IMG/VR virus record: IMGVR_UViG_2690316344_000014
DNA: 31,116 nucleotides
Direction: 5' to 3' (one strand)
DNA from: a virus
Taxonomy: Duplodnaviria > Heunggongvirae > Uroviricota > Caudoviricetes
Each line of letters opens with the position of its first letter. Position 1 is the first letter of the stretch. The translations under genes were made by a program, and so were the position numbers. Of the stretch, positions 20,822 to 27,857 are shown piece after piece. Below the pieces are notes generated by a model that made no database searches, was not told where the DNA came from, and worked only from the letters and a program-made list of their open reading frames with translations.

Positions 20822-22225
20822 TCAAGATTTTTTACTGCCAGTTAAACTATCACCCTCAAACTCATCCTGTTCGTGGTTAGTCTGACGATCGGCTGTGTGT
20901 TTACGTATTTGATTCGCTATTTCCCCACCAACGGTCTGTTGTCTTCGGATAGTATTAGTACTTCCCTTCATCATCTGATACTCCGAAGCTCCGTTAGACA
21001 ACCCGCTCGCCATGTGAGAAGCCATGCGGCCAGCTCGTGAGAATGATGAAGCAAACCCCTGGCTTCCTCCGCTGACGCTACCTGTATTACTCCCTGCAGA
21101 AGAACCACCGGAACCGCCTGATGGTTGTCCTCCAGAAGTATCTACGGAACCGGTATCTTCCCCTCCGCCAAATCCTCCACCTGAACCACCTTTATCACCA
21201 GAACCAGATTCTTCGGCCATCGCCGCTTGTGCAGATTCAAATGCTGCTTTTAGAGCGGAAGCACCACCACTGACTTGAGCTGTAGCACTTATTGCCATTG
21301 CCCCAGCGCCACTGATTGCAGTAGTAGCAGCGCCAGTAATCATACCTGCTCCAAAACCACCGATCCCTTGTAAGGACGCTCCTCCAACAACGCCTGATAA
21401 CAACAACGGTAATTTATTCGTCAATACTAAAAGAATAATTGACGCCAGAAGTAAAACAATAAGACTATTAAGATCAGGAATATCATTTTTAATAATAGAA
21501 AAATACTGATCTATAAATGATTGCCCAATCCCAATGATTAATGTCATCGTAAATAACTGAATACCAATCGATAATACTGTGCGTAAGTAATTTATTGCTA
21601 TATCAGAAGTCCATTTCGAGCCACCAAACCCAAGCAAAATAACTCCTGCATAACACAACACCCATGCAGAAACTAACATTATTAGCATATTTATCGCGAT
21701 AAGCGCCATTACTACTAATACTATTATCGCGACGGTTATCATAATGGTCGAAATCATTGGAGACCAAATTGATGCTGCTGAACTGACCTTTGTTAATATC
21801 ACAAATGCCATATCCACTATGCTGGAGGGTGAAATACCAGTACTTGTTCCTAAAGCATTTGCTGCAAGTTGTCTCATTGAGTTAATTATAGATTGTGATA
21901 TGGCTGGGCCGTTGATTAAAAGATAATAAAAAAAACCAATCACGGCAAAAAAACGAACTATTTCTGCAAGTGCACTGATTAAACCTTCCCCTTGCATCGC
22001 CAACATACCAAATGTCCAAACCATACTTATTAATACCACCCCCCAGAAGAGCCAATTTGCATAATCACCAATTACTAATGACCATGTGCTGGCTACTTGC
22101 TGAAACTTATCTAATAACGTATCAAGTAATCCGCTACTATCTAATTGACCAGCATAAGCATTTACAGAAAACAAAAAAAACATTCCTAAAAAAGTGAGCT
22201 TGCTTACTATTCTCATAATTACCAT
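20822..22225 (-). CDS. trbL: P-type conjugative transfer protein TrbL/VirB6
   Basis: 467 aa. N-terminal signal plus multiple transmembrane helices, then a C-terminal Gly/Ser-rich low-complexity tail (GGSGGGFGGGEDTGSVDTSGGQPSGGSGGSSAGS), typical of TrbL. Confidence 0.8.
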   Translation of the reverse strand: MVIMRIVSKLTFLGMFFLFSVNAYAGQLDSSGLLDTLLDKFQQVASTWSLVIGDYANWLFWGVVLISMVWTFGMLAMQGEGLISALAEIVRFFAVIGFFYYLLINGPAISQSIINSMRQLAANALGTSTGISPSSIVDMAFVILTKVSSAASIWSPMISTIMITVAIIVLVVMALIAINMLIMLVSAWVLCYAGVILLGFGGSKWTSDIAINYLRTVLSIGIQLFTMTLIIGIGQSFIDQYFSIIKNDIPDLNSLIVLLLASIILLVLTNKLPLLLSGVVGGASLQGIGGFGAGMITGAATTAISGAGAMAISATAQVSGGASALKAAFESAQAAMAEESGSGDKGGSGGGFGGGEDTGSVDTSGGQPSGGSGGSSAGSNTGSVSGGSQGFASSFSRAGRMASHMASGLSNGASEYQMMKGSTNTIRRQQTVGGEIANQIRKHTADRQTNHEQDEFEGDSLTGSKKS

Positions 22226-22392
22226 TCTCGCTTAGGGCTAGGATTGTTATTGCCACGCAGGGCACATTTATCGTAGTTATGTTCGTTCAATTTATTCTCT
22301 GGCGTCGATAAACAATCTTCATCTTTTTTATCGCAAGAGCATAGAATTAATGAAATTATTAGAATAAAAATGACCAAAAGTTTATCTTTCAT
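22219..22392 (-). CDS. small putative lipoprotein in the TrbK (entry-exclusion) position
   Basis: Found by hand (57 aa, below the ORF-track cut-off): MKDKLLVIFILIISLILCSCDKKDEDCLSTPENKLNEHNYDKCALRGNNNPSPKREW. Hydrophobic N-terminus followed by Cys; sits between trbJ and trbL as trbK does in IncP plasmids. Confidence 0.45.
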   Translation of the reverse strand: MKDKLLVIFILIISLILCSCDKKDEDCLSTPENKLNEHNYDKCALRGNNNPSPKREW

Positions 22393-22403
22393 TCAGCTCT
22401 CCC

Positions 22404-23198
22404 TCACCAAATTCGCTTCGGGCTTGGTGTGTTCTCGCCAGCTAACGCTTTTTCATCAGCGACTATTTGTTGGGCTTCTTTATCAGCCTCAGCCTGTGCC
22501 AGTGTTGCTGCAGCGTTTTGCTGAGCTACCAGAAGCGAGCGGATTTGCAGCAACTGGTTCGTTTGAGCACTGGCAAGCTGGTTAGCGGCCTGAATAGCTT
22601 CCATTTGCCCTTGTGCGCCGGTTGCCTGCGTTTGTAAATCTGCAAGGTTGTCAGCATCGCTTTGCAGTGTTTCCTGCTGTTCGTCAAGAGCCTTAAATAC
22701 AGCGTCATTGGCCTTTTTACGTGCCTCAGAGCTGTTCTGTTCAGCTTTGCGCAGTGCGCTAATTTCATCCGCAGTACATTCAACATTACTGTTAAAGCAC
22801 GGTGATGAGCGGTAGTAATTCACGTCCTGATAACGTTTCAGATATGAATCAAGACTCCCGGCCTGGTTTTTGTAGTAATTTAGGGTGTCCTGCGCCTGCA
22901 ACAATTTGTTGATGGTCGAATTGGCCTGATCCCAGATATAGGCTGCAGGTGCGACTGTATTTTTGAGCATGTTTTCATACTGCTGCAGCTGCGTCTGGTA
23001 CTGCTGGATCTGTTTTGCCACAGCCTGAACGTTGTTGACTGCGCTGATTGTGGTCTGCACCACATTAGTACCATCGATTACAGGGATACCGGCTGTCGCC
23101 GGTAATGCCATGATGGACGCCAGGAAGGAAGCAGCTAATGATTTTTTAGCTGCTAAAATCCCTCTCAGTGATGAAAATACTCGGAGCATTAACTTCAT
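22404..23198 (-). CDS. trbJ: P-type conjugative transfer protein TrbJ (VirB5-like)
   Basis: 264 aa, signal peptide then a coiled-coil-rich Q/A-rich sequence (QIQQYQTQLQQYENMLKN ...). The trbJ-trbK-trbL order is conserved. Confidence 0.75.
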   Translation of the reverse strand: MKLMLRVFSSLRGILAAKKSLAASFLASIMALPATAGIPVIDGTNVVQTTISAVNNVQAVAKQIQQYQTQLQQYENMLKNTVAPAAYIWDQANSTINKLLQAQDTLNYYKNQAGSLDSYLKRYQDVNYYRSSPCFNSNVECTADEISALRKAEQNSSEARKKANDAVFKALDEQQETLQSDADNLADLQTQATGAQGQMEAIQAANQLASAQTNQLLQIRSLLVAQQNAAATLAQAEADKEAQQIVADEKALAGENTPSPKRIW

Positions 23199-23279
23199 TT
23201 GCCCACCTCAAATTTAACTGATTATTAATATTGAAAACTCGTACTTTTAACAAATACAGATATTTAGGAAACCATAAAT

Positions 23280-23645
23280 TTATTTATTCAAGATTCTATC
23301 CATAATATTTCTTAGTTCTTGTCTGGTTGATTCTATTTTAGCAAGCAACGTTTTTATCAATGAGGGTGAAAAATCAACTGTGCGTGGATCGTTAGCTAAC
23401 CACAGTTTAAGTAACCCACCAAGTCGACCAAGATCAGCATTTACTCGGCTAAGCTCTACAACCTGTTCAATATCTACCATAGACTCAACCTGATAACCCA
23501 TTGCTACTTTACGAATGAAACTCGCTACACTTAAGCCAGATGCTTCTGCATTATCCTGGATTTGCGCTTTTTCATCTGGCAAACAATAAACTTTAATTGG
23601 TGTACTATTTTTTCTAGTCTGAGAAACGGTCATATCATTCTCCAT
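23280..23645 (-). CDS. traJ: relaxosome accessory oriT-binding protein, TraJ/MobC family
   Basis: 121 aa with PIKVYCLPDE and DLGRLGGLLKLWL motifs resembling RP4 TraJ / the MobC family. Sits immediately beside an RP4-like oriT. Confidence 0.75.
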   Translation of the reverse strand: MENDMTVSQTRKNSTPIKVYCLPDEKAQIQDNAEASGLSVASFIRKVAMGYQVESMVDIEQVVELSRVNADLGRLGGLLKLWLANDPRTVDFSPSLIKTLLAKIESTRQELRNIMDRILNK

Positions 23646-23660
23646 ACAGGCGGTAGCCGA

Positions 23661-23765
23661 TCAGCCTCGCAGAGCAGGACTCCGTTGAGCAGCTCAGCTG
23701 CGAATAAGGGAAGGTAAAGTAGAAGCACCGTTTACGGTGGGCCTACTTTACATATCCTGCCCTAC
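23661..23765 (+). other. origin of transfer (oriT), IncP/RP4 type, with TraJ-binding inverted repeat and nic site
   Basis: CAGCCTCGCAGAGCAGGACTCCGTTGAGCAG ... GCGAATAAGGGAAGGTAAAGTAGAAGCACCGTTTACGGTGGGCCTACTTTACATATCCTGCCC closely parallels the RP4 oriT as I recall it from mob vectors. Inverted repeat GTAAAGTAG (23714-23722) / CTACTTTAC (23743-23751), then the ATCCTG/C nick consensus at 23754-23760. Confidence 0.8.
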
Positions 23766-23915
23766 ATTTGCCGTTGTGAATCTGTGTACGTATTGTGTAT
23801 TCCTGTGTACTCAGTGTGTTTTCCTAAAGCATTTGTGCAGGATTAGTAGTGTAAAAATGTGCAGCATATGTGTTTATTGGAATGGAAATTATTTGAATGA
23901 CCCTAAGAGATATTT

Positions 23916-24197
23916 TTATTCTCGCGGCTTGGGTTTTGGCGGCCTGCCACGTTTCCTTTGACATCTATTTATCTCTTTCGCTATATCGTCATTTTCTGTC
24001 TTTGACTCAACAGATTTATCTATCCAGTCCTTAACATCTTCTTTACGCCAGAGAAGACGTTTATTACCGGGAAGACGGCATCTTGGTGGAAGACATTTTG
24101 GATTTCGCGTTGCATCACTGCGGATACTTTTTACAGTTTTCTTTAATGCAAAAGCCAACTCTTCAACGGTTATAAGTTCTGGCATAACTGATTTCAT
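23916..24197 (-). CDS. alpA: AlpA-family DNA-binding protein (excisionase/transcriptional regulator-like)
   Basis: MKSVMPELITVEELAFALKKTVKSIRSDATRNPKCLPPRCRLPGNKRLLWRKEDVKDWI, the AlpA/MerR-like winged-HTH pattern, with a basic C-terminal tail. The ORF can start at 24209. Confidence 0.7.
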   Translation of the reverse strand: MKSVMPELITVEELAFALKKTVKSIRSDATRNPKCLPPRCRLPGNKRLLWRKEDVKDWIDKSVESKTENDDIAKEINRCQRKRGRPPKPKPRE

Positions 24198-24231
24198 CGA
24201 AGAACCCATCTCTCAGTAGAAATTTGAGGAT

Positions 24232-24259
24232 TTTAGCGGCTAAAATTTTAGCCGCTAAA
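24232..24259. promoter_or_regulatory. 28-bp perfect palindrome immediately upstream of alpA
   Basis: TTTAGCGGCTAAAA-TTTTAGCCGCTAAA, 23 nt upstream of the longest alpA start. Candidate operator. Confidence 0.45.
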
Positions 24260-24509
24260 GTTTGCTAACCAACGTTATGAATTGAGAATAATTAAAACTT
24301 ACTGGCAAAAAGAATAATGTCAACAGGGTTTTTATTCATCGGATTCTTACTCCATATGAAATTGGTTTTATTGACCGATTTCTGAATGACACTAAGGTTT
24401 TAATAATTCCTTTAATCTTTTTGGTTATATAAAAGGTTAAAGATCAGGTTAGAGAGGTGTGGAAAAGCGATATATTCACTTGTTTACTATGACAATTTTA
24501 AATTATATC

Positions 24510-24572
24510 CGTACCTCAAATGTCATGAAAGCGTACCTCATATGTCATAAAGGCGTACCTCATATGTCATAT
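24510..24572 (+). repeat. three tandem ~22-bp direct repeats (iteron-like)
   Basis: CGTACCTCAAATGTCATGAAAG, CGTACCTCATATGTCATAAAGG, CGTACCTCATATGTCATAT, head to tail. Confidence 0.7.
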
Positions 24573-24615
24573 AATAAAAAATAAGCAAACAAGTTATACA
24601 CAATATTATTAACAG

Positions 24616-24865
24616 AATCTGTGGATAAATACACAGATTATACATGATAAAATAGATTGTTTAGCTAAACTAAATAACAATAAATAAAATGAAACAAAAT
24701 GTAAATAACAGGGGGGGGGGTGTAAGTGACTTATAAATTTGGTTAGCTAACCTTTATAAGAAACACTGTTTGTAAATGATTCATTTCTGACAACGGATAT
24801 ATCGAATTTGAGTAAGAAAAACACTTCAACTAACCTTACTCTCTGATTTGTTTAGCTAAACAAAT
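24616..24865. promoter_or_regulatory. cluster of palindromes upstream of the higA-like gene, three sharing a TTAGCTAA core
   Basis: AATCTGTG-n8-CACAGATT (24616-24639); GTTTAGCTAAAC (24659-24670); CTTATAAA-ttt-GGTTAGCTAACC-TTTATAAG (24730-24760); ATTTGTTTAGCTAAACAAAT (24846-24865, 20 bp perfect). Confidence 0.5.
24711..24720. repeat. G10 homopolymer tract
   Basis: Ten consecutive G in an otherwise AT-rich intergenic region. Confidence 0.9.
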
Positions 24866-24889
24866 TACTGTAAGGAATCCGATGACGTT

Positions 24890-24904
24890 AAAAAAAAGGG
24901 GGGG
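24890..24904 (+). repeat. A8G7 homopolymer tract overlapping the ribosome-binding site of the higA-like gene
   Basis: AAAAAAAAGGGGGGG ends 2 nt before the ATG at 24907. Confidence 0.9.
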
Positions 24905-24906
24905 AT

Positions 24907-25164
24907 ATGAGGACAATAAATGCTGCACCTTCAACTGTCGGAGAGATTTTATACGAAGAATTCTTGAAACCATTGGATATGCCTCCCGCAAGACTTGCTG
25001 AACTGATGGATACATCATATGAAAAAATTTGGGAAATAATTAAAAATGAGCGAAATATAACTCTTGAAGAAGCTATTCAACTCTCGATAATTTTCAATAC
25101 AGATGCATCTTTTTGGGTGAAACTGCAAGAGCTACATGAGGCATGGTTTAATAAACAAAAGTAA
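24907..25164 (+). CDS. HigA-like XRE-family HTH protein (antitoxin-like / transcriptional regulator), apparently orphan
   Basis: 85 aa, MRTINAAPSTVGEILYEEFLKPLDMPPARLAELMDTSYEKIWEIIKNERNITLEEAIQLSIIFNTDASFWVKLQ, the HigA/VapI-type pattern. No HigB/RelE-like ORF found on either side. Confidence 0.7.
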   Translation: MRTINAAPSTVGEILYEEFLKPLDMPPARLAELMDTSYEKIWEIIKNERNITLEEAIQLSIIFNTDASFWVKLQELHEAWFNKQK

Positions 25165-25364
25165 GGTTATTCAATTAGATTACTTAGTCCTAATACATAA
25201 TTTGCTTTGAATAATACTCATACATTTCTAACGACTTATTAAAGCGATAATATACTCGGACGACTGAGGATTAAAAAATCCGATCCTTGATGATGGGAAC
25301 CTGCCATGACTAGGTAAGTCATTTTAGCAGTGGTACAGGCGACATTAAAAGCCGATATAAAGAA

Positions 25365-25397
25365 GCCCGACTGGTAAGATCGGGCCTTTTTATTTTT
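25365..25397 (+). terminator. rho-independent terminator
   Basis: GCCCGA-ctggtaaga-TCGGGC followed by CTTTTTATTTTT. Confidence 0.5.
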
Positions 25398-25782
25398 CCA
25401 CTCTGGCCTGAATGGAACATCCTACATTAGACGTTAAGATCTTACATCTAATTATCCGAAAATACTAATGGATGCGTAGTTGCATTTGACCTGACCGCCC
25501 ATTTGCGGGTTACTCTACCATCGCCAATAAAGTCCGGCTACTCGAATTCGGAAGTATTAGGCTATAGGTCATAAACCTGAATAACTGCTATGTGCTGAAG
25601 CGGATAAAGCTGACATCATTATGCACCAATCAACTCGGTGTAAGTCAGCTAGTTGGTGATGGAGTGACTTGTCAATAGTTGTAGCCCCTACCAGTGCATC
25701 GGAGATTCTTGAGTGTAACCTTAGTTGCTTTAATCAGAAGTAAAGGAAACGTACTATGAAAATCAGTACTCTTAATCAAGAG

Positions 25783-25812
25783 ATCCCCCGTTCTCTCACG
25801 GAAAAGGGGGAT
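25783..25812. terminator. hairpin just 3' of the 420-aa gene
   Basis: ATCCCCC-n16-GGGGGAT beside the stop at 25820; T-rich sequence follows on the plus strand. Confidence 0.3.
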
Positions 25813-25819
25813 TGAATTT

Positions 25820-27082
25820 TCAAATTTTCTTTTTAGCGATAAAAATACAGTAAAAATATAAGGTTTTGATAATGTGATTAATGCTGTGCACCTCGCGAAA
25901 TAATAGTAATAGCTTCCTCATAAAAGACATGAAACTAAGTTCGTTGTATTTAGTGCGTTCCATTCCTTCCTTAGCGAAATAGTAGGTTATCATCTGAATT
26001 GACTCTTTATATTCATATTTATAATGTGCAATGCCATTTCGCAGCTTGTTGTCTAAAGCATTGAGATCAACTATATAAAAGCTATCATCCAATCCGCTTA
26101 TTTTCGTGCCTAAATCAACGTTTGCATATTCGTTGAGACTAGAAAAACCTTTAATTAAATCGCCTTTTTTATTTAGTCTTACTGAATCGTCAAAAATATT
26201 ATGATCTCCGCGTTTTAATAAGTTATTCAATCCGGCCACAATTATTAATTGCCGAGAGAATACTTCAGATAAGTCTTTGTAAAAATTGTTACAGTCATCA
26301 AATTCGGCAGTTGAAACTCGAGCAGGAATCATTGATAAATCTACGTTTTTATCATAATCATAGTAAAGCGCTGGGCGTGAAGGGAGTTCAAAGTCAAGCA
26401 TTTTGGGATATAGGCTTAAACAATCGAAATGCAAACTTTTCAGAAACCCACTTCCAATAATATCATCTAAAAATTTATTTAGCTGTTTTGGATGATTTTT
26501 CTGAATATAATGAAGAAATTGTGGCATTTTTTCACTAATTTCAGCATTATGTGCATGTATTGTAAAGGGAAATGACATTGCAGAGGTTGCTGTATAAAGT
26601 GCGGAAAGGATATCTTGTATTTTTAGCGAACGAGGTTTTTTCAGAGTAGGTAATTCTTTCATTAGGTTACTGAAAGTATTGTAATTTCCTTGTTTGTATT
26701 GAGTAATGAGTCGCTGGAGCTTATCGCGATGTTTATAAATATAATTCATTCCATTTAGATGTGCGTTCAGCATTAAGTATTTTTCATGACCTATTGCACT
26801 TGTTATTTTTAAGAATGCTGTTTTTCCTATTTCGTATTTTCCAAAGCCTACGGGAAAATCTAAATGCAAATCGATGAATGGATTTGTTGTGCCAAAGTCA
26901 TTGCTTTCTACAGTTTCCGCACCGTTAAATACAGGCTCTCCCTCCCCAAGAGTAAACGATATATTATTCTCACAATTTGGACATGCAAATTGGAACGGTT
27001 GTATGTCTCGATTAGACATACCTATTCTTGTATCAATGACCGTGTCACATACAAGGCATTTAAATTGCTGTAAAAAATTCAT
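25820..27082 (-). CDS. hypothetical protein with N-terminal zinc-ribbon (CxxC ... CxxC), 420 aa
   Basis: MNFLQQFKCLVCDTVIDTRIGMSNRDIQPFQFACPNCEN: Cys9/Cys12 and Cys34/Cys37. AT-rich; no family recognised by eye. Confidence 0.6.
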   Translation of the reverse strand: MNFLQQFKCLVCDTVIDTRIGMSNRDIQPFQFACPNCENNISFTLGEGEPVFNGAETVESNDFGTTNPFIDLHLDFPVGFGKYEIGKTAFLKITSAIGHEKYLMLNAHLNGMNYIYKHRDKLQRLITQYKQGNYNTFSNLMKELPTLKKPRSLKIQDILSALYTATSAMSFPFTIHAHNAEISEKMPQFLHYIQKNHPKQLNKFLDDIIGSGFLKSLHFDCLSLYPKMLDFELPSRPALYYDYDKNVDLSMIPARVSTAEFDDCNNFYKDLSEVFSRQLIIVAGLNNLLKRGDHNIFDDSVRLNKKGDLIKGFSSLNEYANVDLGTKISGLDDSFYIVDLNALDNKLRNGIAHYKYEYKESIQMITYYFAKEGMERTKYNELSFMSFMRKLLLLFREVHSINHIIKTLYFYCIFIAKKKI

Positions 27083-27329
27083 AAATATTTTATTAATCCT
27101 ATAAATTATAAGTTAAGTATTAGTCTTTTATCTACAAACCAAAGCCACTTTACTACTTTACCTAACTGCACTTTAAACAATCATAAGTTCTTTTTTTTTA
27201 AAAAGGTAGTCCAAAGATACCAATTTATTCAATATCAACGAGAATTCGAGACTCCTATGTGAGTAAAAAACTATGAGCTTCATGCCATGCTTTCAATAAA
27301 TGTCTTCAGTTACCCATAAATTTACTGGA

Positions 27330-27857
27330 TTAACAATTTGTAGTCTTTCCGACCAAATTACCGCGCGCAGTGTGACCCCATACTTTAGATGTCACCTTAT
27401 CTCTTTCCACTAGTTGTTTACGGTGCATCAAATCGGCAAGCAGTATTGAAACAAAGAACATGAATTTTGTTTTGGGAGTATTAGGAACATCTTTGGGTCC
27501 AAGCCAAGGTAGCTGCTCCAGTTGATTTTGTATTTTGGGTGTTGCGAAGCTAACACCATTCCAACTATGCCCAAAAGCATTTCTAATGCTACGCAGTGTG
27601 TTTAGTTCTTTGTATTCGTGTTCCATTATCAGTCCTAACGCATATGCTAAGCCTGTTCTAGCAGCAAAAGATGATAAAGGCGCTGTTGCACCATTCAGTA
27701 GACCTTTAGCTACTTTGTCATTTAACAGGTGAGCCTGGATGATCTCGGATAACCACTCATCGAAAATGGATGCTGCTATTAGAACAGAGCCACGATCTGA
27801 TTCTTTATTTAGTTCGGACAAAAATTGACCGAGTTCAATTTGGGTTTTATCACTCAC
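27330..27857 (-). CDS. HEPN/MtlR-like protein with Rx4H motif (candidate RNase-type toxin or abortive-infection protein)
   Basis: 175 aa. The N-terminus (GSVLIAASIFDEWLSEIIQAHLL) resembles the MtlR/HEPN helical fold; RNAFGH (R92-x4-H97, nt 27567-27584) fits the HEPN Rx4-6H motif. Confidence 0.5.
   Translation of the reverse strand: MSDKTQIELGQFLSELNKESDRGSVLIAASIFDEWLSEIIQAHLLNDKVAKGLLNGATAPLSSFAARTGLAYALGLIMEHEYKELNTLRSIRNAFGHSWNGVSFATPKIQNQLEQLPWLGPKDVPNTPKTKFMFFVSILLADLMHRKQLVERDKVTSKVWGHTARGNLVGKTTNC

Noticed and set aside
21024-21278. 84-aa proline-rich plus-strand ORF
   Set aside because: Antisense reading of the Gly/Ser-rich low-complexity tail of TrbL (GGN codons read as NCC Pro codons).
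23737-23961. 74-aa Cys-rich plus-strand ORF overlapping oriT, in the position where RP4 would have traK
   Set aside because: It overlaps the nick region and the 3' end of alpA, is low-complexity (Cys/Phe-rich), and has no resemblance to TraK that I can see.
24510-24572. Possible CRISPR array
   Set aside because: The three repeats are contiguous with no spacers, they are only about 22 bp, and no cas genes are nearby; better described as iteron-like direct repeats.
24836-25018. 60-aa minus-strand ORF overlapping the start of the higA-like gene
   Set aside because: Antisense to the better-supported HTH gene and begins inside the palindromic regulatory region.
24300-25800. HigB/RelE-type toxin partner for the HigA-like gene
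   Set aside because: No ORF of suitable size on either strand; the best candidate frames upstream are broken by stops within 15-20 codons, including around the G10 tract.
25165-25819. Retron (ncRNA plus reverse transcriptase) in the structured non-coding stretch
   Set aside because: No reverse-transcriptase-like ORF is present in or next to the interval.
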